A DNA stretch of 57,455 nucleotides, taken from a virus. Within the stretch, counting starts at the first letter, position 1. Each line of letters starts with the position of its first letter. A program made the translations under genes and the position numbers. The stretch covers positions 1 to 57,455 of the IMG/VR virus record IMGVR_UViG_3300044658_000099; one strand, given 5' to 3'. Under the pieces are notes generated by a model. That model ran no database searches. It had not been told where the DNA came from and saw only the letters and a program-made list of their open reading frames with translations. Below, piece by piece: positions 49,971-57,294 of the stretch.

Positions 49971-51371
49971 TCAGCCGAGGACCCGCACCCGCGGTCGGCC
50001 ACCCAAGTCGCGCTCGGCGACCATGTACCGGAGCGCGTCCATGCCGTGGTCGTTCTCCTTCAGCGGCTCTTCCTTCAGGCCGCCAGCGTTCCCGGGCTTC
50101 ACCGCCCATACGTAGCCCGTGATCTCGTCCTGGGTGCACGTCGGCTTCTTCGCCGCCTCCAGCTCGGGATCCTCCTCGGCGAGCGCGTCCCGCAGTATGA
50201 ACAGCCGCGGCCTGCCATCCCCTTGCGTCTTGAGCCGGGACTGCACGGCCTGGATGCCGTCGCTGACGGACTTCTTCGCCGCGGCCGTCCCCATGCCCAA
50301 GTGCCGTTCCAGCGTGGCCCGGTCCTCGGCGTCGTGATCGCAGATCACCGCGCGGGGTCGCGGCTCGGTCCACTCCAGGCGGCATGCCTTGCAGTTGTGG
50401 CAGTCGTGATCGGACGCCTTGGACTCGCAGCAGACGAGGCAGCGGCGCACGAGGCGCAGGATGTGCTTCGCGTGGTCCTCCACCAGGCGCCGCGTGCGGT
50501 AGATCTCGCGGTACAGGAACAGCCGCCCGTCAGGGTCTTCGGCCCAGCATTGCAGGACGAAAGGGTTGGTGAAGCCGAAGTCGACAGTCCACCAGCGCGT
50601 CCACCCTTCGGGGATCGGCCGCGGGTCGACGAGGTGGACGGACTCGTCGTACGCCTCGTAGATCTGCCCCTCGGCCGACACCCACTTGCCCCACCGCATC
50701 CGGTGGTACCGGGCGCCGGTGAGGGAGTCGAGACGCGCAAGGTAGGTCAGCCCGTACTCGGTCCACTCGCCGTGCTGGTACAGGCGGGGGTTGTCCTCGT
50801 GCTTGCTGTACAACAGCAGGCACCGGCCTGCGTCGGCCCGCTGCTTCAGGTGGTGGGTCGGCGGCCCGGGGTTGGTGGCCATGAGGAGCTGCTGATACGA
50901 GAGCACGCCGTTGCGGAGACGGGAGACGATCGTGTCCAGGTCCTCGTCGGTGACCTCGATCGCTTCGTCGACGAACGCGAGGTCGAACTCGGTGGAGAGC
51001 AGGCGCGTTGCCCGGTCGAGGCCGCCCATGATGATGACGCTGCCGTTGGCGTACCGGTAGGCGGGCGGCTCCTGGGCGCTGCCGCCGTAGAAGTGCAGCG
51101 CCCCGGCTTCGATGGCCTCCTTGGCGACTTTCTCCCGGAAGGTGACGAGGGTGGACGCGGTGAGGCTGGCGTGCGTCTTGCGGACGATGAGCGAGCGGAC
51201 CTTCGGCTTCGAGAGGCACGCAAGGTGGATCTTGTTGAGGGCGGCGACGGACTTGCCGGTGCCGGCGGCGCCGGAGAGGAGGATCTCGGGGGCCTTGGAG
51301 CGGAGGGCTTGAAGGGCGGCGCCGCGGGGTTCGTAGCGGACGACGACGCCCTCGGCGGCCGTCGCGGTCAC
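49971..51371 (-). CDS. terL: Terminase large subunit (466 aa)
   Basis: Walker A LLSGAAGTGKS, Walker B-like LAFVDEA and a C-terminal nuclease-like region. GTGA overlap with terS. Confidence 0.9.
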   Translation of the reverse strand: MTATAAEGVVVRYEPRGAALQALRSKAPEILLSGAAGTGKSVAALNKIHLACLSKPKVRSLIVRKTHASLTASTLVTFREKVAKEAIEAGALHFYGGSAQEPPAYRYANGSVIIMGGLDRATRLLSTEFDLAFVDEAIEVTDEDLDTIVSRLRNGVLSYQQLLMATNPGPPTHHLKQRADAGRCLLLYSKHEDNPRLYQHGEWTEYGLTYLARLDSLTGARYHRMRWGKWVSAEGQIYEAYDESVHLVDPRPIPEGWTRWWTVDFGFTNPFVLQCWAEDPDGRLFLYREIYRTRRLVEDHAKHILRLVRRCLVCCESKASDHDCHNCKACRLEWTEPRPRAVICDHDAEDRATLERHLGMGTAAAKKSVSDGIQAVQSRLKTQGDGRPRLFILRDALAEEDPELEAAKKPTCTQDEITGYVWAVKPGNAGGLKEEPLKENDHGMDALRYMVAERDLGGRPRVRVLG

Positions 51372-51865
51372 GTGAGGTCTTCGGGATCGACGCCGACGAC
51401 CTCGTACTTCACGCCGCCGGACACCTGCACCTTCGTGGGCTGGTCCAGGCCGAGGAGTTTGCGGTAGGACTCGCGGACCTTCACGAGCCGGTCGATCGCC
51501 TGCAGTTTCGGCCCGTCGTCGCGAAGCGGCTGCCCGTCGTCGCCGTACACGACACGGCCATGGGACACCATGACGTGGTCACGCTGCAGGATCTCCAGCG
51601 CCTCCTCATACAGGGAGTCGAGGCGGGTGGCTTCCTGCTGGAGGAGCTTCTCGGCCGGCGCTTTGACGATGGCCTTGAGGGCCTGCTGGATGCCGCGGCG
51701 GACGGCGGTGCGGTCTTGGTAGCCGAGGTGGTCGGCGATCTGCTGCAGCGTCCAGCCTTCGGCGCGGAGGTCGGCCGCGCGGGCGTCGCGTTCGGCGGAT
51801 TCGGGGGTGTAGATGTACTTGCCTCGGGCGTCGCGTACCCGTTCGGGAGTCCCATCGGCGGCCAC
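51368..51865 (-). CDS. terS: Terminase small subunit (165 aa)
   Basis: N-terminal HTH (EGWTLQQIADHLGYQDRTAVRRGI) plus an oligomerisation-like helical region. It is directly upstream of terL. Confidence 0.75.
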   Translation of the reverse strand: MAADGTPERVRDARGKYIYTPESAERDARAADLRAEGWTLQQIADHLGYQDRTAVRRGIQQALKAIVKAPAEKLLQQEATRLDSLYEEALEILQRDHVMVSHGRVVYGDDGQPLRDDGPKLQAIDRLVKVRESYRKLLGLDQPTKVQVSGGVKYEVVGVDPEDLT

Positions 51866-51953
51866 GGGTGCTCTCCCTTCGCTGCTCGCGGTTACCTGTT
51901 GATCGTGGTTTGATGGTAACGGCGCTGCGCAAGTCGATGGGCGCGCGTGCGGG

Positions 51954-51992
51954 AGAGGGCCCGTTCCCTGGGCGGCAGGGAGCGGGCCCTCT
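51954..51992 (-). terminator. Long GC hairpin after gene 52008..52436, upstream of the late operon
   Basis: AGAGGGCCCG/CGGGCCCTCT outer stem plus TCCCTG/CAGGGA inner stem and GGCGG loop. It lies 16 nt downstream of the stop. Confidence 0.55.
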
Positions 51993-52007
51993 GGCGTGCG
52001 GCGGGGG

Positions 52008-52436
52008 TCAGTCCTCCCAGGCTCGGGCGACGTCGAGGGCGCGGCGCAGCGCCGACGCGAGCGGGAGCCGCTGGGATTCCGGGATCCAGGTCTGCGGCTC
52101 GTCGTCGGCCTCCAGGTCCACCGAGATCGCGAGGATCATGCCGCCTCCACCGAACGGGGTCAGCTGGACGCCGACGTCGTCAAGGGTGTCGTAGGACCAC
52201 AGCCGGTTGCTGGTGAGGGCGTCGATCATGGCGGGCAGGTCGCGGCTGGGGATCCCTGCGTCGGCGTCGAAGAACTGGCCGATCGCCTTGATGCGGACGA
52301 TCACCTCGGCGCATCCGGGGTCTTCGCGGAGGCCGGCGGGGATGACGGTGAGGGTGGTGCCGGCGTTGTCGGTGTAGTCCCAGGGCTGGGGGGTGAGTTC
52401 GGCGATGACGGTGTTGAGGGCGTCGTTGAAGTCCAT
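52008..52436 (-). CDS. Hypothetical acidic protein (142 aa)
   Basis: Intact ORF with normal composition. Confidence 0.8.
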   Translation of the reverse strand: MDFNDALNTVIAELTPQPWDYTDNAGTTLTVIPAGLREDPGCAEVIVRIKAIGQFFDADAGIPSRDLPAMIDALTSNRLWSYDTLDDVGVQLTPFGGGGMILAISVDLEADDEPQTWIPESQRLPLASALRRALDVARAWED

Positions 52437-52448
52437 GGGGTTCTCCTC

Positions 52449-52778
52449 TCAGGCCGCGAGCAGCATGCGCGCGGCGAGCTGGTGGTAGCAGCGGGTGCCC
52501 TTCAGGCCGGCGGGGCAGGAGCAGGCGGTGGGGGCGGTCTTGTAGGTCTCGGTGCCGTCGGTGGAGACGGCGATGAAGATGACGGAGCGGAGGGGGATGA
52601 TCGCGCCGTCTTCGATGAGCTCCCGGGCCGAAGCGACCTGGTGCGCCTTGTAGTCGCTGGTGTCGACCTGGGCACGGCGGACCTTGGCGCGGCACTTGGG
52701 GCCGTATCCGTCGGGTGAGGGGCGATGGAGAACGCGGTGGCACTTGGTGCAGCGCTGCGGCTCGGTGGTGTTCTCCAT
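52449..52778 (-). CDS. SWIM-type zinc-finger protein with N-terminal DUF6011-like Cys motif (109 aa)
   Basis: RCTKCHRVLHRPSPDGYGPKCRAK, and CSCPAGLKGTRCYH (the CxC...CxH SWIM pattern). Confidence 0.8.
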   Translation of the reverse strand: MENTTEPQRCTKCHRVLHRPSPDGYGPKCRAKVRRAQVDTSDYKAHQVASARELIEDGAIIPLRSVIFIAVSTDGTETYKTAPTACSCPAGLKGTRCYHQLAARMLLAA

Positions 52779-52816
52779 GGCGTCCCCCTCGGATTGTGCT
52801 GTCCACCCTGTTCACG

Positions 52817-52869
52817 GGTGGTTAACCACCTCCAATATGACACAGCCTGGACAGGTGGTCAACCACCTG
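52817..52869. promoter_or_regulatory. Two related palindromic operator candidates
   Basis: GGTGGTTAACCACC (52817-52830) is a perfect 14-bp palindrome. CAGGTGGT-CA-ACCACCTG (52852-52869) has perfect 8-bp arms. Both lie in the divergent spacer before the RHH gene. Confidence 0.55.
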
Positions 52870-52882
52870 CGAGACTCAACTC

Positions 52883-53314
52883 ATGGCCAACCAGCACAAG
52901 GAGAAACTCCGAGGCATCAGAGGAGTCGACGAAGCCCTCTGGACCGACCTCGACCACGCCGCCAAGCAGGCAGGCAGCGACCGCAGCAAGGTCACCAAGG
53001 ATCTGTGGGAGTGGTACGTCGGACGGCCAGGGGCGAACCTGCCGAAACGCCCGGTAGAGCGCGCGGCCGCCGAGACCTACAAGCCCATCCCGCCCGGCGC
53101 CCGCTGGCCGTCACCCTGGGACTACGACCCGCGCGGCATCGACGGCGGAGACCCGGACACCGCATGCGGGGAAGGTCTCCGTACCGAGCACCAGGGCGTC
53201 GCACGCTGTCGGCGCGGCCTCGGCCATCCCGGCGCGCACAACGGACCTGCCGATGACGGCACGGCCTTCCAGTGGGACGAGCGCCCGGCGAGCAGCGAGG
53301 AGAAGACCGCATGA
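52883..53314 (+). CDS. RHH-like DNA-binding protein with extended C-terminus (143 aa)
   Basis: EKLRGIRGVDEALWTDLDHAAKQAGSDRSKVTKDLWEWYV has the strand-helix-helix layout. First gene of a four-gene plus-strand operon. Confidence 0.7.
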   Translation: MANQHKEKLRGIRGVDEALWTDLDHAAKQAGSDRSKVTKDLWEWYVGRPGANLPKRPVERAAAETYKPIPPGARWPSPWDYDPRGIDGGDPDTACGEGLRTEHQGVARCRRGLGHPGAHNGPADDGTAFQWDERPASSEEKTA

Positions 53315-53553
53315 GCTACCGCCGCACCGCAGCCGCGCGCCAGCAGGAACGCGCGGCAGCCGAACGCCGCATGCGTCGCATGTTCTTGATCGGCCTCGCC
53401 GCGCCGTGCATTGCCTTCGCTGCCGCCGCGCTGCTCATCCGGCCGAGCACACTGCTCCAGTGGGTCGTTGCGGCGTTGACGGTCCCCGCTGCTTCAACGG
53501 CTGTCGCGGTGGTCTACATCGTCCGCTCACGCCACGAGGAGAAGGCCGCATGA
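53311..53553 (+). CDS. Membrane protein (80 aa)
   Basis: ATGA overlap. Sequence is MSYRRTAAARQQERAAAERRMRRMFLIGLAAPCIAFAAAALLI...VVAALTVPAASTAVAVVYIV. Confidence 0.65.
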   Translation: MSYRRTAAARQQERAAAERRMRRMFLIGLAAPCIAFAAAALLIRPSTLLQWVVAALTVPAASTAVAVVYIVRSRHEEKAA

Positions 53554-53735
53554 GTACGCCCAGATGGGAGGAGCTCTACCCGGGGCGCGCGCCAGCGGAT
53601 GGCCACCCGAGCGCGGAGGAGTGCGAGGATGTCGCCCGTGCCGCGCTGGCGCGTGGCTACCAGCAGGTCACAGTCACGGACGAGCAGGAGGACGGCGCGG
53701 GCCCGGTGCGCCTGGACGAGGAGCCCAACCGATGA
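53550..53735 (+). CDS. Small acidic protein (61 aa)
   Basis: ATGA overlap. Sequence is MSTPRWEELYPGRAPADGHPSAEECEDVARAALARGYQQVTVTDEQEDG... Confidence 0.6.
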   Translation: MSTPRWEELYPGRAPADGHPSAEECEDVARAALARGYQQVTVTDEQEDGAGPVRLDEEPNR

Positions 53736-54157
53736 CCCTCCCCAACTACGGCCCCCCATCCCAGGGAACCGGCTGCGCAGTCATCGACCCCAACCCCGAC
53801 GGCACCCGCGGCACCCACCCCTGCAACCAGCCCGCCACCTGGCACATCGCCTGGGAACTCCGCCCCGAGGGAGCTCGCACCTCGCTCATCTGCGACAACC
53901 ATATGGACAGCCTGCGGGCCAACTTCGTGTACGCCGACCGGCATCCCGTCGGCACGGACTGCACGCGGGTTGGCGCCCGCTGGTCCGACAGCCGGATCGG
54001 CGCGTGGTGCACAGCACCGGAGGACGCGCCCGACCTGGATGAGGTCAAGCGCTCGCCGGTCGAGGCCGCGGTTGATGCGATGCAGCGGTTCCAGTCGACG
54101 CTGCTGTTCTCGCTGCACCCGGACCTGCAAGGCCCGGAGGAGGAGCCCACCGCATGA
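53732..54157 (+). CDS. Hypothetical Cys-containing protein (141 aa)
   Basis: ATGA overlap. Sequence is MTLPNYGPPSQGTGCAVIDPNPDGTRGTHPCNQPATWHIAWEL...LICDNHMDSL... Confidence 0.75.
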   Translation: MTLPNYGPPSQGTGCAVIDPNPDGTRGTHPCNQPATWHIAWELRPEGARTSLICDNHMDSLRANFVYADRHPVGTDCTRVGARWSDSRIGAWCTAPEDAPDLDEVKRSPVEAAVDAMQRFQSTLLFSLHPDLQGPEEEPTA

Positions 54158-54160
54158 CGA

Positions 54161-54195
54161 CGGCCCCGCCCGGACGAACCTCCGGAGCGGGGCCG
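54161..54195. terminator. Strong hairpin between convergent operons
   Basis: CGGCCCCGC-CCGGA / TCCGG-A-GCGGGGCCG with a 6-nt loop, starting 4 nt after the stop at 54157. Confidence 0.6.
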
Positions 54196-54398
54196 CTGCA
54201 CATACGGGCGCGGCGGTCGTGCCGGTCGAAGCTCGCAGCTCACTTCCCACACGACCGCCGCTCCTCGGGACGCTACGCCCTGGCCGGCGCGTCTGTCACT
54301 ACCGCGTCAGCCCGGGTAGTCCTCGCCGAGCACCTCACGCCCCGCCATCCCCGCCCGGACACCAGAGCGAGGCCGCTGCACGACCAACCTGCGCCCCC

Positions 54399-54953
54399 TC
54401 AACCCCCCTGAGCCGTGACGCCGGTGATCTCCACCGTCACCTTCGTACCCGCCGAAGCCGTCTGAATCATCGACGGCGTGAAGTTCAAACTCGTCTGATC
54501 CGACAACTCCGCCGTCTCGATCACCGGACCGGACTCGTCGCCGTGGATCTCGTAGGTGATCTCATACACCGCATCCGGGTCGATGTCGGAACTGTTGCCC
54601 AGGAAGGTCAGGTCCGGCTCGACGGTCACATTGCAGCCCGCCGACCCGAAGCACTGCCGCTTCGTGGTCTTCAGCTTGATCGTGAAACTGTCGGGGGTGA
54701 CCTCGCTGTACGTCGGCGTGGGATCCGGCTCCCCTGCGGCGGCGGTCACGGCATCCTTGCCCGGGGCGCTCGACGTGGAAGCGGCTGCGGCCGGCTTGCT
54801 GCCGTCGTCTCTGGACTGCACGACCACGACGCCGGTGGCCACGATGGCGGCGATGACGGCGGCAGCGGAGCCGGTGATGATCGCGTTGGTGCGGTTCCGC
54901 TTCGGCGGTGGCGGTGGGAAGTCGGGCATGGGTGGCGGCGTGTCGTGGCTCAA
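54399..54953 (-). CDS. Single-pass membrane protein with Pro-rich N-terminus and beta-rich ectodomain (184 aa from TTG; ATG 54929 is an alternative start)
   Basis: AAGGGGGGA 4 nt upstream of TTG 54951-54953. TM is AIITGSAAAVIAAIVATGVVVV. Confidence 0.7.
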   Translation of the reverse strand: MSHDTPPPMPDFPPPPPKRNRTNAIITGSAAAVIAAIVATGVVVVQSRDDGSKPAAAASTSSAPGKDAVTAAAGEPDPTPTYSEVTPDSFTIKLKTTKRQCFGSAGCNVTVEPDLTFLGNSSDIDPDAVYEITYEIHGDESGPVIETAELSDQTSLNFTPSMIQTASAGTKVTVEITGVTAQGG

Positions 54954-55032
54954 GGTTCCCCCCTTGGCGCGGTGATCTGTCGCCGCATCATGCGCCCGGG
55001 TGCGCGCCTCGTGAAGCCGGTGTGCCTGAACC

Positions 55033-55141
55033 GTGACACGCGACAGCCCCGCCAGAACGGAGACTGACGGGGCCAGAGCCACCCGGCAGGGGGCCAATGC
55101 GTTGGTCGCGCACACCCAGTGTGACACGCGACGGCCCCGCC
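55033..55141. repeat. Direct repeat GTGACACGCGAC(A/G)GCCCCGCC x2, each running into a GC hairpin
   Basis: Copies at 55033-55053 and 55121-55141 match 20 of 21 positions. The second is followed by the perfect 10-bp stem GGCCCCGCCG/CGGCGGGGCC. Confidence 0.5.
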
Positions 55142-55202
55142 GAGGCTGGGGGCGACGGCGGGGCCATGCGGTTGGAGTCGCGTCTCCAGTGTCCCAACGC
55201 TG

Positions 55203-55451
55203 TCAACTCACCCAGCGCACCGCAGCCTCCGCCACCGCCAACAGCACCAGAAGCGCCAGCACCGCGCCCGTGGACACGTACCGGCCGTCCGGATGCCGCG
55301 CGCCGCCGGCCACGTGCTCGATCCGCTCACCGTCCGGGGCGAGGCCGCCATGCTCGATGTCGCGGTGCCACTGCCGGTACTCCTCGGCCGTGCGGCGCGG
55401 CCCGGGCGGGGATGAGGCGCGGCACTGGCGGCAGCGGTACACGTACGGCAT
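55203..55451 (-). CDS. Tail-anchored membrane protein with N-terminal CxxC (82 aa)
   Basis: MPYVYRCRQCRASSPPG... with C-terminal TM AVLALLVLLAVAEAAV. TGATG overlap upstream. Confidence 0.65.
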   Translation of the reverse strand: MPYVYRCRQCRASSPPGPRRTAEEYRQWHRDIEHGGLAPDGERIEHVAGGARHPDGRYVSTGAVLALLVLLAVAEAAVRWVS

Positions 55452-56119
55452 CAGGCACTCTCCATCCACTCTCCAGCTACGGAGAGCGCTGGAGAATCCG
55501 CGCTCTGACCTGCGTCTACACCGCTCTCCACGCCCGAGTCTCCACCAGGGGAGGAGAGGACCTCAAGGTCGGCCCGGGCGACTCCCGACCGGCCGGAGAT
55601 TCTGCCGATGCGCAGGCTGCGCCGGACAGGGATGCCAAGGTTCCTCAGCCCGGCCCGCAGCTGGGCGTCGTCGCGGCCCTCCTGGCCGGGCAGCTTCCGC
55701 ATCGCCGGGTAGAGGTCGCGCAGATGGATGCCGGGCTGCTCGCCGATGAGCTGCAGAAGCCACCGAACGAAGCCGTCCCGGGCGCTGACCTCGACGGTCG
55801 GCTCGGGTTCGTCGACGGCGGGCGGGGCGATCCACCAGGCGGCAACACACCACGCCACCGCGCCGAACGGGATGGCGAAGCGGGCCACTTGCGGGGCGTG
55901 GACGCAGGCGTACCCCGTGGCGTACCCGCCGAGCGCCAGGGCGCCGAGCCGCTCCCACGGGTCAAGGCGCTCGCCGAGCGCGGCCCAGCCGCGGCGAACA
56001 AGCTCGCAGGACCCATGCCATAGGGCAGCGCCCGTCCCCGTGAACACGAGGATCGGGCGCACTTCGGCCACGAGCCAGGAGGGGAGTAGCCGCTCTCCTA
56101 CCTTCTTAACGATCTTCAC
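55451..56119 (-). CDS. Multi-pass membrane protein with C-terminal winged-helix-like domain (222 aa)
   Basis: GTG 56117-56119. Three hydrophobic segments, then ...FVRWLLQLIGEQPGIHLRDLYPAMRKLPG...LRAGLRNLGIPVRRSLRIG. Confidence 0.7.
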   Translation of the reverse strand: MKIVKKVGERLLPSWLVAEVRPILVFTGTGAALWHGSCELVRRGWAALGERLDPWERLGALALGGYATGYACVHAPQVARFAIPFGAVAWCVAAWWIAPPAVDEPEPTVEVSARDGFVRWLLQLIGEQPGIHLRDLYPAMRKLPGQEGRDDAQLRAGLRNLGIPVRRSLRIGRISGRSGVARADLEVLSSPGGDSGVESGVDAGQSADSPALSVAGEWMESA

Positions 56120-56637
56120 TAGACGGCCCCGATCGCGTGCCCGCCGGTCAGGATCAGGGCCTGCGGCAGCCCCCAGATCCCGCCGGCCTGCGCCCACACG
56201 CCGGCCGCGATGATGCCGACGAGCGCGGCCCGCCAGGGTGCCATCTCCCGGAAGTACATGAGCGCGCCCAAAACCAGCGACACGGCGCCGAGCCCGGCCT
56301 GGCCGAAGCCTCCGTTGGTGAACACCGACGCGAAGGCGTTGGACAGGTTCTGGCCGACGGTCCAGATCGATCCGGCGGCCATGTAGAAGGTGCCTGCGGC
56401 GACGCCGGTCCATTGGGCCTGGTCGGAGGTGAGGCGCTTACGGATGCGGCCCTTCTTCCCGCCGCCACCGCCCGCGCCGCCGGGGCCGCCTCCAGCAGCT
56501 GCGGCCTTGGGTTCGCGGATGCCGAGCCACAGGATCAGGGTGAGGACGGTGGCGATGCCGCCAGCGCCGACGGTGCCGAGGATCCGGCCGTTCTGGACGT
56601 TGAGGGCGGGGGCGGCGGCGAGAACTTCGTAGATCAT
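56119..56637 (-). CDS. Four-TM membrane protein with Gly-rich/basic loop (172 aa)
   Basis: ATG 56635-56637 with AGGAAGAA upstream. Loop is GGGPGGAGGGGGKKGRIRKR. Confidence 0.75.
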   Translation of the reverse strand: MIYEVLAAAPALNVQNGRILGTVGAGGIATVLTLILWLGIREPKAAAAGGGPGGAGGGGGKKGRIRKRLTSDQAQWTGVAAGTFYMAAGSIWTVGQNLSNAFASVFTNGGFGQAGLGAVSLVLGALMYFREMAPWRAALVGIIAAGVWAQAGGIWGLPQALILTGGHAIGAV

Positions 56638-56653
56638 TGCGTGTTCTTCCTGG

Positions 56654-57289
56654 TCAGACGGCGCCGGGCGCCCACAGGGCGAGCGCGAGGAGGGCGGTGG
56701 CGAGGGGAATGCGGGCGCACCACGCGAGGGGCGGCCACCAGTGGCGGGTGTAGCGGTCCCAGGTGTGGGCGATGAGGAGGCAGCCGCCGATACCGAGCAC
56801 GAGCGCGCCGCTGGCGCCGGCCTGCTGGCCGCAGTCGGCGATGGCGTGGGAGAGCGGCTGGTAGAGGCCGAGGGCCCATCCGGTGCCCGCCGCGCTGGCG
56901 TTGTACAGGCCCTTGCGGGTGCGGTGGCTGAGCGCGACGCGGTCCTGTGCCCGGTCGATGAAGGCGGGCGTGTGGGGCTGCGGGTAGTAGCCGGGCTGCG
57001 GGGCGAAGACGGGGCCCTTGGCGGGCTGTTCGTCCTCGTCAGGTTGCTCCTCGTCCGGCTCGGCCTCGGTCCGGGCGGGCGTGGCGTTCCACCAGCGGCG
57101 CGGCTCGGGGTCGGGCTGCGGGCCGGGTGCCGGGTGGCTGTCGAGGATGTCGTCGAGCCAGTCCCGGGGGCGCTGCTTCGGCACGGGCGGGATGGCCGGC
57201 GGCCGGGCAGCCGGAACTTCGCCGAGCAGCTTCCGAAGGCGGTCGCGTGCCGCACGCTCGTCCTCCCCCACGGGGGTCGTCTCAGCCAT
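56654..57289 (-). CDS. Membrane protein with acidic/Pro-rich N-terminal half (211 aa)
   Basis: Intact ORF. The C-terminal half has three hydrophobic segments (GALVLGIGGCLLIAHTW, IPLATALLALALWAPG). Confidence 0.75.
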   Translation of the reverse strand: MAETTPVGEDERAARDRLRKLLGEVPAARPPAIPPVPKQRPRDWLDDILDSHPAPGPQPDPEPRRWWNATPARTEAEPDEEQPDEDEQPAKGPVFAPQPGYYPQPHTPAFIDRAQDRVALSHRTRKGLYNASAAGTGWALGLYQPLSHAIADCGQQAGASGALVLGIGGCLLIAHTWDRYTRHWWPPLAWCARIPLATALLALALWAPGAV

Positions 57290-57294
57290 TCATC

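Noticed and set aside
54154-54411. Plus-strand 85-aa ORF with an ATGA overlap to the last operon gene
   Set aside because: It is R/P/A-rich, and the strong hairpin at 54161-54195 begins right after the preceding stop, so transcription probably ends there.
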